Positions 1 through 10,890 of a DNA stretch of 64,000 nt are shown piece after piece. The notes beneath the pieces were generated by a model. It searched no databases, was not told the origin of the DNA, and saw nothing but the letters and a program-made list of their open reading frames with translations. Source of the stretch: Octopus bimaculoides (Eukaryota); the NCBI RefSeq assembly GCF_001194135.2, contig NC_068981.1, forward strand, positions 164,057,325 to 164,121,324. Reading direction: 5' to 3'. A program made the position numbers and the translations under genes. Position 1 is the stretch's first letter. Every line of letters starts with the position of its first letter.

Positions 1-859
1 ACCTATATATATATATGTGTGTGGGTATATATATATCGTTAATGGATCATATATTAGATAAAGAAGCACACTTTAGAAGTTACAACAATAATGTATTTAC
101 ATGAAGTTAAATTTATTTCCGGTCATAGAGTGGCCACTTGTTTCGCATCCATAAAGTACTTAGCCTTATAGACGACTCGTTAGACTCCTATGGCCGTGAG
201 AGATGCCGTATTTTTCTCGTCCACCTTTATTCCGTCTTCGTCAATCATCTTAAATTTCATTTGTTTACTTTCATACGTCCATTCCGTATCATTTTGTTCG
301 GTCGAAGCCCTAATCCTCCGCAAGTATTGTGGGTGCCGCCGATATGCGAAGTTCTCAGTATTACCATTAAGTGTATCTTGAAACTGTATTAACATTCGGT
401 TGATAACTGATGAATAATTAGTGCCTGCAGTGTCAGCCCTACGTGTACGTTTTTTTAGCTATCGTTGTTTATTTAATGCATCTTTTATTTTTTTGAGTAA
501 CTAAACGCCACGCATCGCGACTTTAGTTAATAGTGTNNNNNNNNNNNNNNNNNNNNNNNNNNNNNNNNNNNNNNNNNNNNNNNNNNNNNNNNNNNNNNNN
601 NNNNNNNNNNNNNNNNNNNNNNNNNNNNNNNNNNNNNNNNNNNNNNNNNNNNNNNNNNNNNNNNNNNNNNNNNNNNNNNNNNNNNNNNNNNNNNNNNNNN
701 NNNNNNNNNNNNNNNNNNNNNNNNNNNNNNNNNNNNNNNNNNNNNNNNNNNNNNNNNNNNNNNNNNNNNNNNNNNNNNNNNNNNNNNNNNNNNNNNNNNN
801 NNNNNNNNNNNNNNNNNNNNNNNTGGTAGACGGAAACTAAAAGAAGCCTCTCGTACATA

Positions 860-1741
860 AAGGGGTTGGACAAAATAATGGAAACACCTTAAAATTTCAA
901 ACAGATTTATTTTAATATGGGGTAGGACGGCCTTTGGCAGTAATTACACCTTGAATTCTATGAGGTATGGACTCTTACAAAGTTTGAATTGTTTCAAAAG
1001 AAATTTTTGTCCGTTCTTTAGTTAAAACAGTCTCCAGTTCTTGTAGTGATGATGGTGGGGGATATCGACTCCTTACTTGTTTTTCTAAAATGCACCATAA
1101 ATGTTCGATAGTATTGAGATCTGGGGACTGCGCTGGCCAGATAAGATGTACACTAGCCGTGTAAATTGGTACATTATCATCCTGAAAGATTGCGTTTCCC
1201 TCCGGAAACAATTCCGCAACCATAGAATGAATTTGATTAGATAAAATGCTTAAATAGTCTACACTATTAATTCTGCCATGAAGGGAAGCCATCGGGCCGG
1301 CGGATTTCCAAGATCATTGGATCATCACAGATCCTCCTCCATGTCTAACAGTTGGAAGAAAGCAGTCAGAGTCAAATGATTCTTTTGGCTTTCTTCACAC
1401 GTATACTCTTCCGAGAAAATAACATTCTTCCACTGCTCTAGGGACCAATTCGGTAGGTTTTTACTCCACCCTAAACACTTTACAATGTTTGGTTTTGAAA
1501 GTAGTGGTTTTCCGATTGCAGTCCTCCCGTGAAATCCGGCTTCGTGCAGCTCCCGGCGAACAGTTTTTGTGGAAACTGGGTTCTCAAGGTGGTCATTAAG
1601 CTCTGCAGTAATTTTGAGAGCTATAATTTTGCGATCGTTTCTATCTGAAAGTTTTGGTTTTCTTCCGGAGTTTTGTTTCGACGAGGAGCTTTTTCCCTCT
1701 TTCGCAAAAGCTCTCATTACTTTCGAGACAGTACTTCTTGA
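860..1741 (-). mobile_element. Tc1-family DNA transposon, decayed transposase; other end lost in N-gap
   Basis: TIR-like end (TA)AAGGGGTTGGACAAAATAATGGAAACACC at 858-888. Minus-strand peptides: SGRKPKLS..VSTKTVRRELHEAGF..KPLLS..W..W..VIFSEE, FQDDN and WPAQSPDLNTIEHLW, all Tc1 DDE motifs. The first catalytic D reads E, and there are deletions and frameshifts. Confidence 0.9.
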
Positions 1742-2585
1742 NNNNNNNNNNNNNNNNNNNNNNNNNNNNNNNNNNNNNNNNNNNNNNNNNNNNNNNNNNN
1801 NNNNNNNNNNNNNNNNNNNNNNNNNNNNNNNNNNNNNNNNNNNNNNNNNNNNNNNNNNNNNNNNNNNNNNNNNNNNNNNNNNNNNNNNNNNNNNNNNNNN
1901 NNNNNNNNNNNNNNNNNNNNNNNNNNNNNNNNNNNNNNNNNNNNNNNNNNNNNNNNNNNNNNNNNNNNNNNNNNNNNNNNNNNNNNNNNNNNNNNNNNNN
2001 NNNNNNNNNNNNNNNNNNNNNNNNNNNNNNNNNNNNNNNNNNNNNNNNNNNNNNNNNNNNNNNNNNNNNNNNNNNNNNNNNNNNNNNNNNNNNNNNNNNN
2101 NNNNNNNNNNNNNNNNNNNNNNNNNNNNNNNNNNNNNNNNNNNNNNNNNNNNNNNNNNNNNNNNNNNNNNNNNNNNNNNNNNNNNNNNNNNNNNNNNNNN
2201 NNNNNNNNNNNNNNNNNNNNNNNNNNNNNNNNNNNNNNNNNNNNNNNNNNNNNNNNNNNNNNNNNNNNNNNNNNNNNNNNNNNNNNNNNNNNNNNNNNNN
2301 NNNNNNNNNNNNNNNNNNNNNNNNNNNNNNNNNNNNNNNNNNNNNNNNNNNNNNNNNNNNNNNNNNNNNNNNNNNNNNNNNNNNNNNNNNNNNNNNNNNN
2401 NNNNNNNNNNNNNNNNNNNNNNNNNNNNNNNNNNNNNNNNNNNNNNNNNNNNNNNNNNNNNNNNNNNNNNNNNNNNNNNNNNNNNNNNNNNNNNNNNNNN
2501 NNNNNNNNNNNNNNNNNNNNNNNNNNNNNNNNNNNNNNNNNNNNNNNNNNNNNNNNNNNNNNNNNNNATATATATATATATATAT

Positions 2586-2815
2586 AAACATATAGCTGTA
2601 GCACAACAGGCCAAATATTGTTGTCTGGGATTGTAGTTAAAAAGTGATGCTCCATTGCAGAGGTCTGTAACTCGGAAGATGTGAATGTCTTTGTCACATG
2701 TTGAGGAAAAGAATATCTATGGAGAATTAATGAAAAATCTACAGTTCGTATATCCAGGCTATATATTTTTCGGTCGTTCCTATAATCATAGATGTATTGG
2801 GATACGTCACAACAT
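2586..2815 (+). pseudogene. Old fragment of R4/Dong-like non-LTR retrotransposon, RLE endonuclease region
   Basis: Frameshifted peptides HNRPNIVVWD, CSIAEVCNSEDVNV, EEKNIYGELMKNLQFVYPGY and SVVPIIIDVLGYVT. They align by eye to the element at 13024 (HNRPDIVIWD, EKENTYAELRNLQLLYPDYKFRFIPVIIGAL). Confidence 0.65.
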
Positions 2816-2868
2816 ATGTGAAGCTATGTACATCATAACATAACATGCACATAAATAATAATAAAGCA

Positions 2869-2870
<2 letters not shown>

Positions 2871-2906
<36 letters not shown>

Positions 2907-2965
2907 TTCTAACATAACCCTAATATGCATAACACTCGCACGTACAGACAAACGCGAGCGTGCAA

Positions 2966-3030
<65 letters not shown>
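2871..3030. repeat. (CA)n microsatellites
   Basis: Two pure CA tracts, 2871-2900 and 2968-3030. Confidence 0.95.
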
Positions 3031-3034
<4 letters not shown>

Positions 3035-3365
3035 AAGAAATTTGTAAACATCAAACAGTTTAGATAATTACAAAGCTTAAGAACTGTTGTCTTGATTAAA
3101 GAAAAGAACCTCACTATTTTGTTAGAGATCACCTTGAATATTGCAAAGGAAAATACTTAAATAAATCCCAGTGACCAACATACATCATTGGTGGATGATG
3201 CCAGCAATGTACCATAATTTTGCTTTGCGACCGTTACATTACATTATAATTCAAAGTTGCATATCCATGATTAGGAGATAACTACAAAATAACCATCGCA
3301 CAAATGTTGTGAGGAATATCCTTAACATTCAAAATGCAACAGAAATCCCCATGATTTATTCTCAT

Positions 3366-3795
3366 ATAAGGGGCCTTGATGCAGTTGGCTTCCCGTCTTA
3401 ACTGGAGCCAATAGGTCTTGACCGCGGGGGCGGTAAGCATCCTGACAGAATAATCCTTTTCCCATTCGAGGGAGAGAAATCCCTAGTCTGGGATGCGACG
3501 TGCAGCGATACCTAATTCGGCTTCAACTGTGCTGCATGGGCTGTAAACTCAGGTATCGCCACCCGTAACGCAGAAATAAGAAAAATAAATAAATAAATAT
3601 ATAAATAAATAAATACAGGAGCCAAGCCACATGTGTCCTTGGATCCTGCACTATCGATTTCCTCTGTAGATTCGCTATAACGGCGCGCCATGAGAGAAAT
3701 GAGCTCCGCGAGATAGGTGGAAGCTGCAGTGAGTGTTGTTGGTCATTCTCCGCTGCAACACCATCACGACCGCAGGGGCCGGCTGAGGACACCAT
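3366..3795 (+). pseudogene. CRE-clade-like non-LTR retrotransposon 3' fragment (RLE domain), interrupted by (AAAT)n
   Basis: Translation IRGLDAVGFPS*LEPIGLDRGGGKHPDRIILFPFEGEKSLVWDATCSDT...AEIRK matches the LEP.GL.RGDGKRPDG...LVWDATC.DT motif of CRE-like elements. It resumes after the AAAT tract as VLGSCTIDFL. Confidence 0.75.
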
Positions 3796-4141
3796 TAATT
3801 CTGGGGTGCGTAGCTCATTGCCCCCTCCATCTTCTGCTGATTAACCCATCCTTTTTCCCTTGTTTCTGTTTCTTTGTTTTTTTTTGTATTTAAATGTTAT
3901 AATTTAAAATGTGATCAATCTGTTTAATAAACATGTCGTAGTATCAATCGGTTTAACAAGGAATAAATTACATTGTTCCATCTTTCATAAATACATATAT
4001 ATAGAATGTCGTTCGTACAAAGAGAAGCCTAGTAAAACATTAAGTAATTCAAAGAATATTTAGGTTAAATATAATAACATATTTCAGTTCAGAGGATATT
4101 GATGGAACATTTCTGGAAAATAAGTCAATGAACTGGGGCTC

Positions 4142-4335
4142 TGTTACAGAGTCAGGCAAAACGCTTAGCGGTATTTCTTTAAGCTTCTGTATTTCTCCCA
4201 ACAGTTCTAAGTTGAAATTTCACTGAGAATGACTTTACCTTTTATCCCTTTGGTGTCGATAAAATAAGAACCAGTTGATAACCGGAGTCGATGCAAATGA
4301 CTAGTCTCGCTCCTCAACATTTCAGGCCTTCTGGC
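4142..4335 (+). mobile_element. SINE family A, degenerate copy
   Basis: AAAACGCTTAGCGGTATTTC head and TTTACCTTTTATCCCTTTGGTGTCGATAAAATAAGAACCAG core, shared with better copies (27317, 34331). Confidence 0.6.
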
Positions 4336-5627
4336 TATAGTAGAAAGAACGCTGAATTAAAAATTATTTCTTAATTATTAAATATTATTATAGATATCAG
4401 CTTTAAAAATATTGGTGGAACATTATCATCAGAAATATGACTTAATTAGAGAATATGGTTCCAGCGAGAAACGAGAAAGTATCTACGCATCATCTAATAT
4501 TTTATATATTTACAAACTACACACACACACACCCACACACACACACACACNNNNNNNNNNNNNNNNNNNNNNNNNNNNNNNNNNNNNNNNNNNNNNNNNN
4601 NNNNNNNNNNNNNNNNNNNNNNNNNNNNNNNNNNNNNNNNNNNNNNNNNNNNNNNNNNNNNNNNNNNNNNNNNNNNNNNNNNNNNNNNNNNNNNNNNNNN
4701 NNNNNNNNNNNNNNNNNNNNNNNNNNNNNNNNNNNNNNNNNNNNNNNNNNNNNNNNNNNNNNNNNNNNNNNNNNNNNNNNNNNNNNNNNNNNNNNNNNNN
4801 NNNNNNNNNNNNNNNNNNNNNNNNNNNNNNNNNNNNNNNNNNNNNNNNNNNNNNNNNNNNNNNNNNNNNNNNNNNNNNNNNNNNNNNNNNNNNNNNNNNN
4901 NNNNNNNNNNNNNNNNNNNNNNNNNNNNNNNNNNNNNNNNNNNNNNNNNNNNNNNNNNNNNNNNNNNNNNNNNNNNNNNNNNNNNNNNNNNNNNNNNNNN
5001 NNNNNNNNNNNNNNNNNNNNNNNNNNNNNNNNNNNNNNNNNNNNNNNNNNNNNNNNNNNNNNNNNNNNNNNNNNNNNNNNNNNNNNNNNNNNNNNNNNNN
5101 NNNNNNNNNNNNNNNNNNNNNNNNNNNNNNNNNNNNNNNNNNNNNNNNNNNNNNNNNNNNNNNNNNNNNNNNNNNNNNNNNNGTGGTGGTGGTGGTGGTG
5201 ATGGTGGTGGTGGTAGAAGTCGTACTGTGTTGGTGGCAGTGGTGTTAGTGATACTGACGAAGGCAGTGTTGTCTTTCGCATTCTCTATTTCTGAATGTTA
5301 TTTGTATTCGTTTTTTTTTTGTTTTTTTTTTAAAGAGTGTGTTGTCTACTCGCTGTTTATGTTGTTATTGCCTTGTTGCTGTTGTCACTGATATTTTTAT
5401 CACCGCACCTGCTTTTATTCTGATGGCCTTAATTTATTTTTTGATTTTTGTTCATTGGTTAGGTCTGTTATTTGTTGAAGTTGTAGTTTCTCCGACTCTC
5501 AAGTTTACTCTGTGTTCAGAAATGTCCACGAAACTTTTGGATGGCAGAAATGATGACTGCAGGCTTTGTTGTAGTCTACGTTAAGAATTTTTGTTTTTAG
5601 TGGTAATAACAGCAGCAGTAGTGGTGT

Positions 5628-5900
5628 GTAGGTGAGTAGCCTAATGGTTAAGACATTGCACTCATGATCGCGAGATCATGGTTTCGATTCCCGAGCCGCG
5701 AGGTGCGTTGTGTTCTTGAGCAAAACACTTCATTTCACGTTGCTCCGACATCTGACGTGTGGTACGCCGTAAACCTGTCCTGGCAATGTTGCTTTGTTGG
5801 AGGGAGTGAACTAATGTATAGTACAAGCATTTGATCATTATAAACAAATAATCTATGCCGGTTGTTCAGCAAGAAATCGCAGAACCCGCATTTATCGTCT
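5628..5900 (+). mobile_element. tRNA-derived SINE family E
   Basis: A-box-like TAGCCTAATGG and B-box-like GGTTTCGATTCC, then TTGTGTTCTTGAGCAAAACACTTCATTTCACGTTGCTCC shared with family D, then a different body. Confidence 0.7.
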
Positions 5901-5912
5901 ACGAGTAATAGA

Positions 5913-6238
5913 CTTATTATTATTATTTTTTTTTTTTTTCATGTTTGACTTTTGCTTTGCATTTGTACAAGTTGGCTCCAAGTTTCACCCAGAGGCCTCA
6001 AGAGACAACAAGTTAGAAGTTCATGTTGGTGTTATGCCTAGGGTGCCATATATTTGGTTTTGTACATAGTGTTGTTCTAGAGAATGTTTAAGAAACCATA
6101 AGAAAATTATGTTTGTTTTAAAATTTGAGATTACATAGACAGTATTTTACGTAGGATATAGACAGTTCCTATGAACACTATCTTTTGAATTTCTGCCATT
6201 TTGAGGTTTCCTGGTATCTGAGCTAGGTAGCAGATCAC
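5913..6238 (-). mobile_element. R4/Dong-like LINE 3' end with A/(TAA)n tail
   Basis: Minus-strand C-terminus ICYLAQIPGNLKMAEIQKIVFIGTVYILRKILSM* (stop 6131-6133) resembles the R4-clade terminal QK.VL.GT..ILRK.L helix. It is followed by a ~200-bp UTR and an A13-(TAA)4 tail. Confidence 0.75.
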
Positions 6239-6539
6239 CCTCAAATTGTATCCTAACTTCTTTCAAAAAAATTATGTTATGCAATATAGTTTAAAATATA
6301 AAAAGGACACAATGGTCGTAGATGGAACGGCTTTGGTTATAGATATTATTGATTAATACAAACTTGAGGTAACACAATAATGATAGCTGATTAAGTGAAA
6401 CAATTACGAAACTTCATTGCTTCAAAAAACAGTAAAACAGTGAAGTGATGGTAGTCTCTCGTAGTTCGAGAAAGGCGGCTCTGTAATTTCTTCATTTGTT
6501 TATAGGGATCAAATGTATGTGCTGTGCATTAGCTCACTC

Positions 6540-6690
6540 CCTCCCTCAAATCAACTTTGCCTGGACAGGTACACGATGTACTATATGTCACGTGTTGAAG
6601 TGACCGCAGCGTCACGTGAGATGAAGTGTTTTACTCAAGAACACAACGCTCGTAACTGCAACACCCTAGCTACTAAACCATGCAGCCTTG
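6540..6690 (-). mobile_element. SINE family E fragment
   Basis: The reverse complement shares GTGAGATGAAGTGTTTTACTCAAGAACACAACGC and the CAAAGTTGA/GGAGGGAG body with 5628-5900. Confidence 0.6.
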
Positions 6691-6954
6691 CAGTAAAACA
6701 GTTATATACACTTTATTGACTATTTGATACGGAGGCAAAACCTTTACCAACTAGGGACAAAACTGTTAATGGCAGTCAACTGGTACGTGAGTTGAAAATA
6801 TCTTACTACTTTTCCTAAAATTTGATGCATTTTAGACGCAACATTTCGAATATTTCTTTTTAGCTTACTTCATCTAATTGTCATGGAGAAGAGAAGAACA
6901 AATTAACTAAGTCTTTGATCAATGCATGATTGCCACACAACTATATTTTTCCTA

Positions 6955-7190
6955 TTAACCCTTTTGGTACCACCCTTCCCGAACCCGCTACCTCTTTCTA
7001 TGATATAAAGTTCCTGTTTGTATCAGTTACAATTATTCAAGTTAGAACTTTCCATTAAAATTTCTTATTGATTTATGTTCGAGACACACGTTTAATAACA
7101 ACAAAGTTATTTTACTAAACTCTTAATTATTTCAAAAATTAATTTTTCGAAAAACCAGTGACTCATAATATGTAAGAAAATAGTTACCAG
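6955..7190. mobile_element. piggyBac-like MITE remnant
   Basis: Starts TTAA-CCCTTTTGGTACC (TTAA target plus CCC terminus). The right TIR is degenerate, so that boundary is approximate. Confidence 0.45.
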
Positions 7191-8417
7191 TCAAAAATCA
7201 CATGCCGGTTGTAGAGGTAGCCGGAGCTAAGTTAGGGGCGAGACTAGACTATAATCCAATTTGCAATGATCCTGAGAGATAATTTCCTTCTGTTACTCCG
7301 ATAATAGTCGTGAAGTATTACTGTTCCATTACTATAGTACGTCGATCTCTCTATTCTGCAGTTTTCCACTTGAATGAATCGATGTAATGTCGCTGGTTGT
7401 AACTGGATGGAAAGTGCTCAAAAATCCTTATAAAGAATTGAGCGTTCGATACGATTAATGTTAAGCATGAGTTCCTGAAATTAGAAAGAATCGAGAGAAA
7501 ACACGTGAACAAGGATGAAATTCCAGAGAGATGTTACCGTTGATTTTGTTGTTGTTGTTGTTGCTGTCCTTACCCTCATCACAGTCATCGTTGTGTATTC
7601 TCAGACATCTTTATATACGAAAAACCTCGACCGACGCATACATACGCACGGATATTGATGATTTACAATGTCAGTCGGTTGAAATCTCCTGTGGAACGAA
7701 TCTTTAAATTTTCATAAACAAAAGATGCTATAAAATTGATTGTGTTTACACCCAAATTGTCTACAAGGAGAATTTCTCCTCACAAGACAACGTATGTAGC
7801 GTGTTGTCTCTTCATGTCCGAATGTACACGAACACTTTAAATAAGACCATCTATCTACATTTCTACATTTCTGCATTTTATTCAGCGCTGATTAGTGCGC
7901 CTTTTTTTAATTTATTCCAACTTGACAAAGTTTTTCTCACCAGTAACAGATACCACCAATAGCAAATACCATTTGCTATTCTAATATAAGGGCGATCAGC
8001 TCTTAGTGAGCATGATCGACGGCTCGGTATAATTAGCTGATGAAGTGTAACTACGCAGAAGTACATGCGTCCTATTGTTCGGTGACATCCTTCATGGTCT
8101 AGTGGTGTGTTCACACGCTTATTGTCTACAAAGAGAATTTTTTCTCTCAAGACAACTTCTGCAGCGTACTGTCTGTCTATGTCCAATTGTAGACGAACAT
8201 GTTAAATATGATTGAACACAATTATGTACAAATCCAAAGATTCCATTATGGAAGCTGTGTGAATATTGTCACGAAGAGAAATAGTCAAATTATCATCAAT
8301 GACAAATGTAATGGCATGCGTATCATGTCATACCTCTAAAACAAGTTATTGTTTCTGATTAAAAGAAATTAGCATTAATGCAAATTGGTATTTCCGTGAA
8401 GATTTAACGATTTCCTT

Positions 8418-8840
8418 CTTTTACTCTTTTACTCTTTTACTTGTTTCAGTCATTTGACTGCGGCCATGCTGGAGTGCCGCCTTTAGTCGAGAAAATCGAC
8501 CCCAGGACTTATTTTTAAGAAGCCTAGTACTTACTCTATCGGTCTCTCTTTTGCCGAACCGCTAAGTTACGGGGACGTAAACACACCAGCATCGGTTGTC
8601 AAGCGATGATGGAGGGGACAAACACAGACACACAAACACATATGCACACATACATATATATATATACATACATATATACGACGGGCTTCTTTCAGTTTCC
8701 GTCTACCAGATCCACTCACAGGGCTTTGGTCGCCCGAGGCTATAGTAGAAGACACTTGCCCAAGGTGCCCCACAGTGGGAATGAACCCGGAACGATGTGA
8801 TTCGTAAGCAAGCTACTTACCACATAGCCACTCCTGCACC
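8418..8840 (-). mobile_element. SINE family B (CORE-like 5' body, internal microsatellite, GTAAAAGA tail), near full length
   Basis: Reverse complement: tRNA head GTGGCTATGTGGTAAG...CCGGGTTCATTCCC, then CACCTTGGGCAAGTGTCTTCTACTATAGCCTCGGG, an internal (TA)/(TG) tract, and a 3' CCAGCATGGCCGCAGTCAAATGACTGAAACAA(GTAAAAGA)n end. Confidence 0.9.
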
Positions 8841-8887
8841 TATTGAATATAATTACATAAATATTTCACAGTATTTCGGTTGCGTAG

Positions 8888-9172
8888 AAGGCGCATGGGT
8901 TAATGACTCGGGTATTCGGCTAACGATCGTAAGGTCGTTTGTCCTTCAGCAAGACAGTTTATTTCTCGTTGCTCCAATCCACCTCAGCTGGCAAAAATAA
9001 GTTGTACCTGTAGTTTAAAGAGCTAACCTTGTTGCATTCTGTGTCACGCTGAGTCTCCTTGAGAATTAAATTAACTGTACGCGTGTTTGTGGAGTGCTCA
9101 GCCACGAGCAGGCTGTTCTGTTGATCGGATGAACTGGGACACTCGTCGTTATCACTGACGCAGAGCCAGGTC
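8888..9172 (+). mobile_element. SINE family D
   Basis: tRNA-like head AAGGCGCATGG..TATTCGGCTAACGATCGTAAGGTCG, with 3' body GTGGAGTGCTCAGCCAC..AGCAGGCTGTTC..TTGATCGGAT shared with family C and with the copy at 31247. Confidence 0.8.
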
Positions 9173-9209
9173 AGACTTCATTTGTCTCTGCTACAGTAGA
9201 TTTAAAGTA

Positions 9210-9428
9210 CAGTAATCGCTCGCCATATCGCGGTTCACCTATTGCAGTTTATTATTTAAACTTACGTCGATTCCTCCGTGGTGTTGTTTTACATTTATAA
9301 TAAAATAGATATATACAAATTGTAAAAATAATTTTAAAAAAATCTACACTACTATTTCTACTTCACGGATTTTCGCCTATCGCGGGGGTCTTGGGCACGT
9401 AACACCCACGATAATCGAGGCTTTACTG
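9210..9428. mobile_element. pogo/Tigger-like MITE
   Basis: TA-CAGTAATCGCTCGCCATATCGCGG ... CCACGATAATCGAGGCTTTACTG-TA: imperfect ~24-bp TIRs and TA duplication. Confidence 0.8.
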
Positions 9429-9744
9429 TACTGTGTTAGCTAATCGATCAAACGCTTCGATCAGTATATCAAATAGTATAACCATTCCAAGGTGTTTTAT
9501 TCTTTAGGAAGGCATATTGGTCCCTACTTTTAAAGACGGCTGTTTGCTGACCAGTGTACTAGTTGTTAGCTTGAGTAGTTAAGAAGCAAAATTCTAAACT
9601 ACAGAGCCATATCTGGAAAGGAAGTCGATAAAGTGCTGAGGATATATTAAAAAGAATTTTTACCATCTACGCAGAAACGTTAAGGCTACACCAAATTTGG
9701 GAGAAAAATTTCAGAGACATTAGGAAGTTATTTAAAAAATGCTA

Positions 9745-10165
9745 AGTTGGCAGTGTGGTAAAGAAGTATGCTTCCCAACTATATGTTTCGGGTTCAGTCC
9801 CACGCAGAGGGACCTTTCTACTATAGCCTCGGGTCGATCAAACGATTGTTAGTGGGTATGGTAGACAAAAATTAAAAGAAGCCTATTGTGCGTGTACTTA
9901 AATACACACATATATATATATTTGTATATGTGTGTGTGTGTGTGTATGTGTGTGTGTGTCTTTGTGAGGGTGTCTGTGACCCCTACCTTAGAACCGGTGT
10001 TGGTTTGTTTACGTCTCCGTATCATAGCGCTTCGGCAAAGGAGGTCGATAAATTAAGTACCAGACATTAAGAAAAAAAGAAATTACTGGTGCCGATTTGT
10101 CCGACTAAAACTTCTTCAAAATGGTGCCCCAGCATGGCCGCAGTTCTATGACAGAAAATGAAAAT
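9745..10165 (+). mobile_element. SINE family B, diverged copy
   Basis: GTGTGGTAAAGAAGTATGCTTCCCAAC..GGGTTCAGTCCCAC head, CTACTATAGCCTCGGG, internal TG tract, CCCCAGCATGGCCGCAGT tail. Confidence 0.8.
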
Positions 10166-10266
10166 GAAATTGACTTATGTCAATTGTAACTTTTTTTTGC
10201 CTTGTTTTTGTTTCTATTTCTTTCTAATAAGATTAATGTTCATGCACGAATCACAATCCGCACAGC

Positions 10267-10332
<66 letters not shown>

Positions 10333-10488
10333 GTGTCTCTGTCTGTCTTGTCTGTATTCACACACTCACACACATTCACACACACATACATATACACACA
10401 CACGTTCACACACAGACAGACATATTTATATATATATGCATACATGCATACGCAAAAATATATGTGTATATACATATGCATAAATATG

Positions 10489-10529
<41 letters not shown>

Positions 10530-10814
10530 TATGTATGTATATATGTGTATGTATAGATATATATATATATGCACACATATATATATGCAGATTCATACAT
10601 ACATGTAAATATNNNNNNNNNNNNNNNNNNNNNNNNNNNNNNNNNNNNNNNNNNNNNNNNNNNNNNNNNNNNNNNNNNNNNNNNNNNNNNNNNNNNNNNN
10701 NNNNNNNNNNNNNNNNNNNNNNNNNNNNNNNNNNNNNNNNNNNNNNNNNNNNNNNNNNNNNNNNNNNNNNNNNNNNNNNNNNNNNNNNNNNNNNNNNNNN
10801 NNNNNNNNNNNNNN

Positions 10815-10858
<44 letters not shown>

Positions 10859-10890
10859 TACACACATACACACACATACATACACACACA
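10267..10890. repeat. Compound microsatellite block (TATC)n/(CA)n/(TA)n/(TATG)n with N-gap
   Basis: Directly visible. It is representative of many similar blocks (12900-13020, 17390-17720, 41500-42080, 42490-42620, 57140-57800, 59040-59230, 61180-61600) and explains the local ORF-track entries. Confidence 0.95.

Noticed and set aside
3781-3815. CTGAGGA followed by CACC..GGTG hairpin; also other isolated CTGANGA hits (408, 5254, 8034, 34873, 38313, 62284)
   Set aside because: No correctly placed GAAA plus helix III and stem I, so they are not hammerheads.
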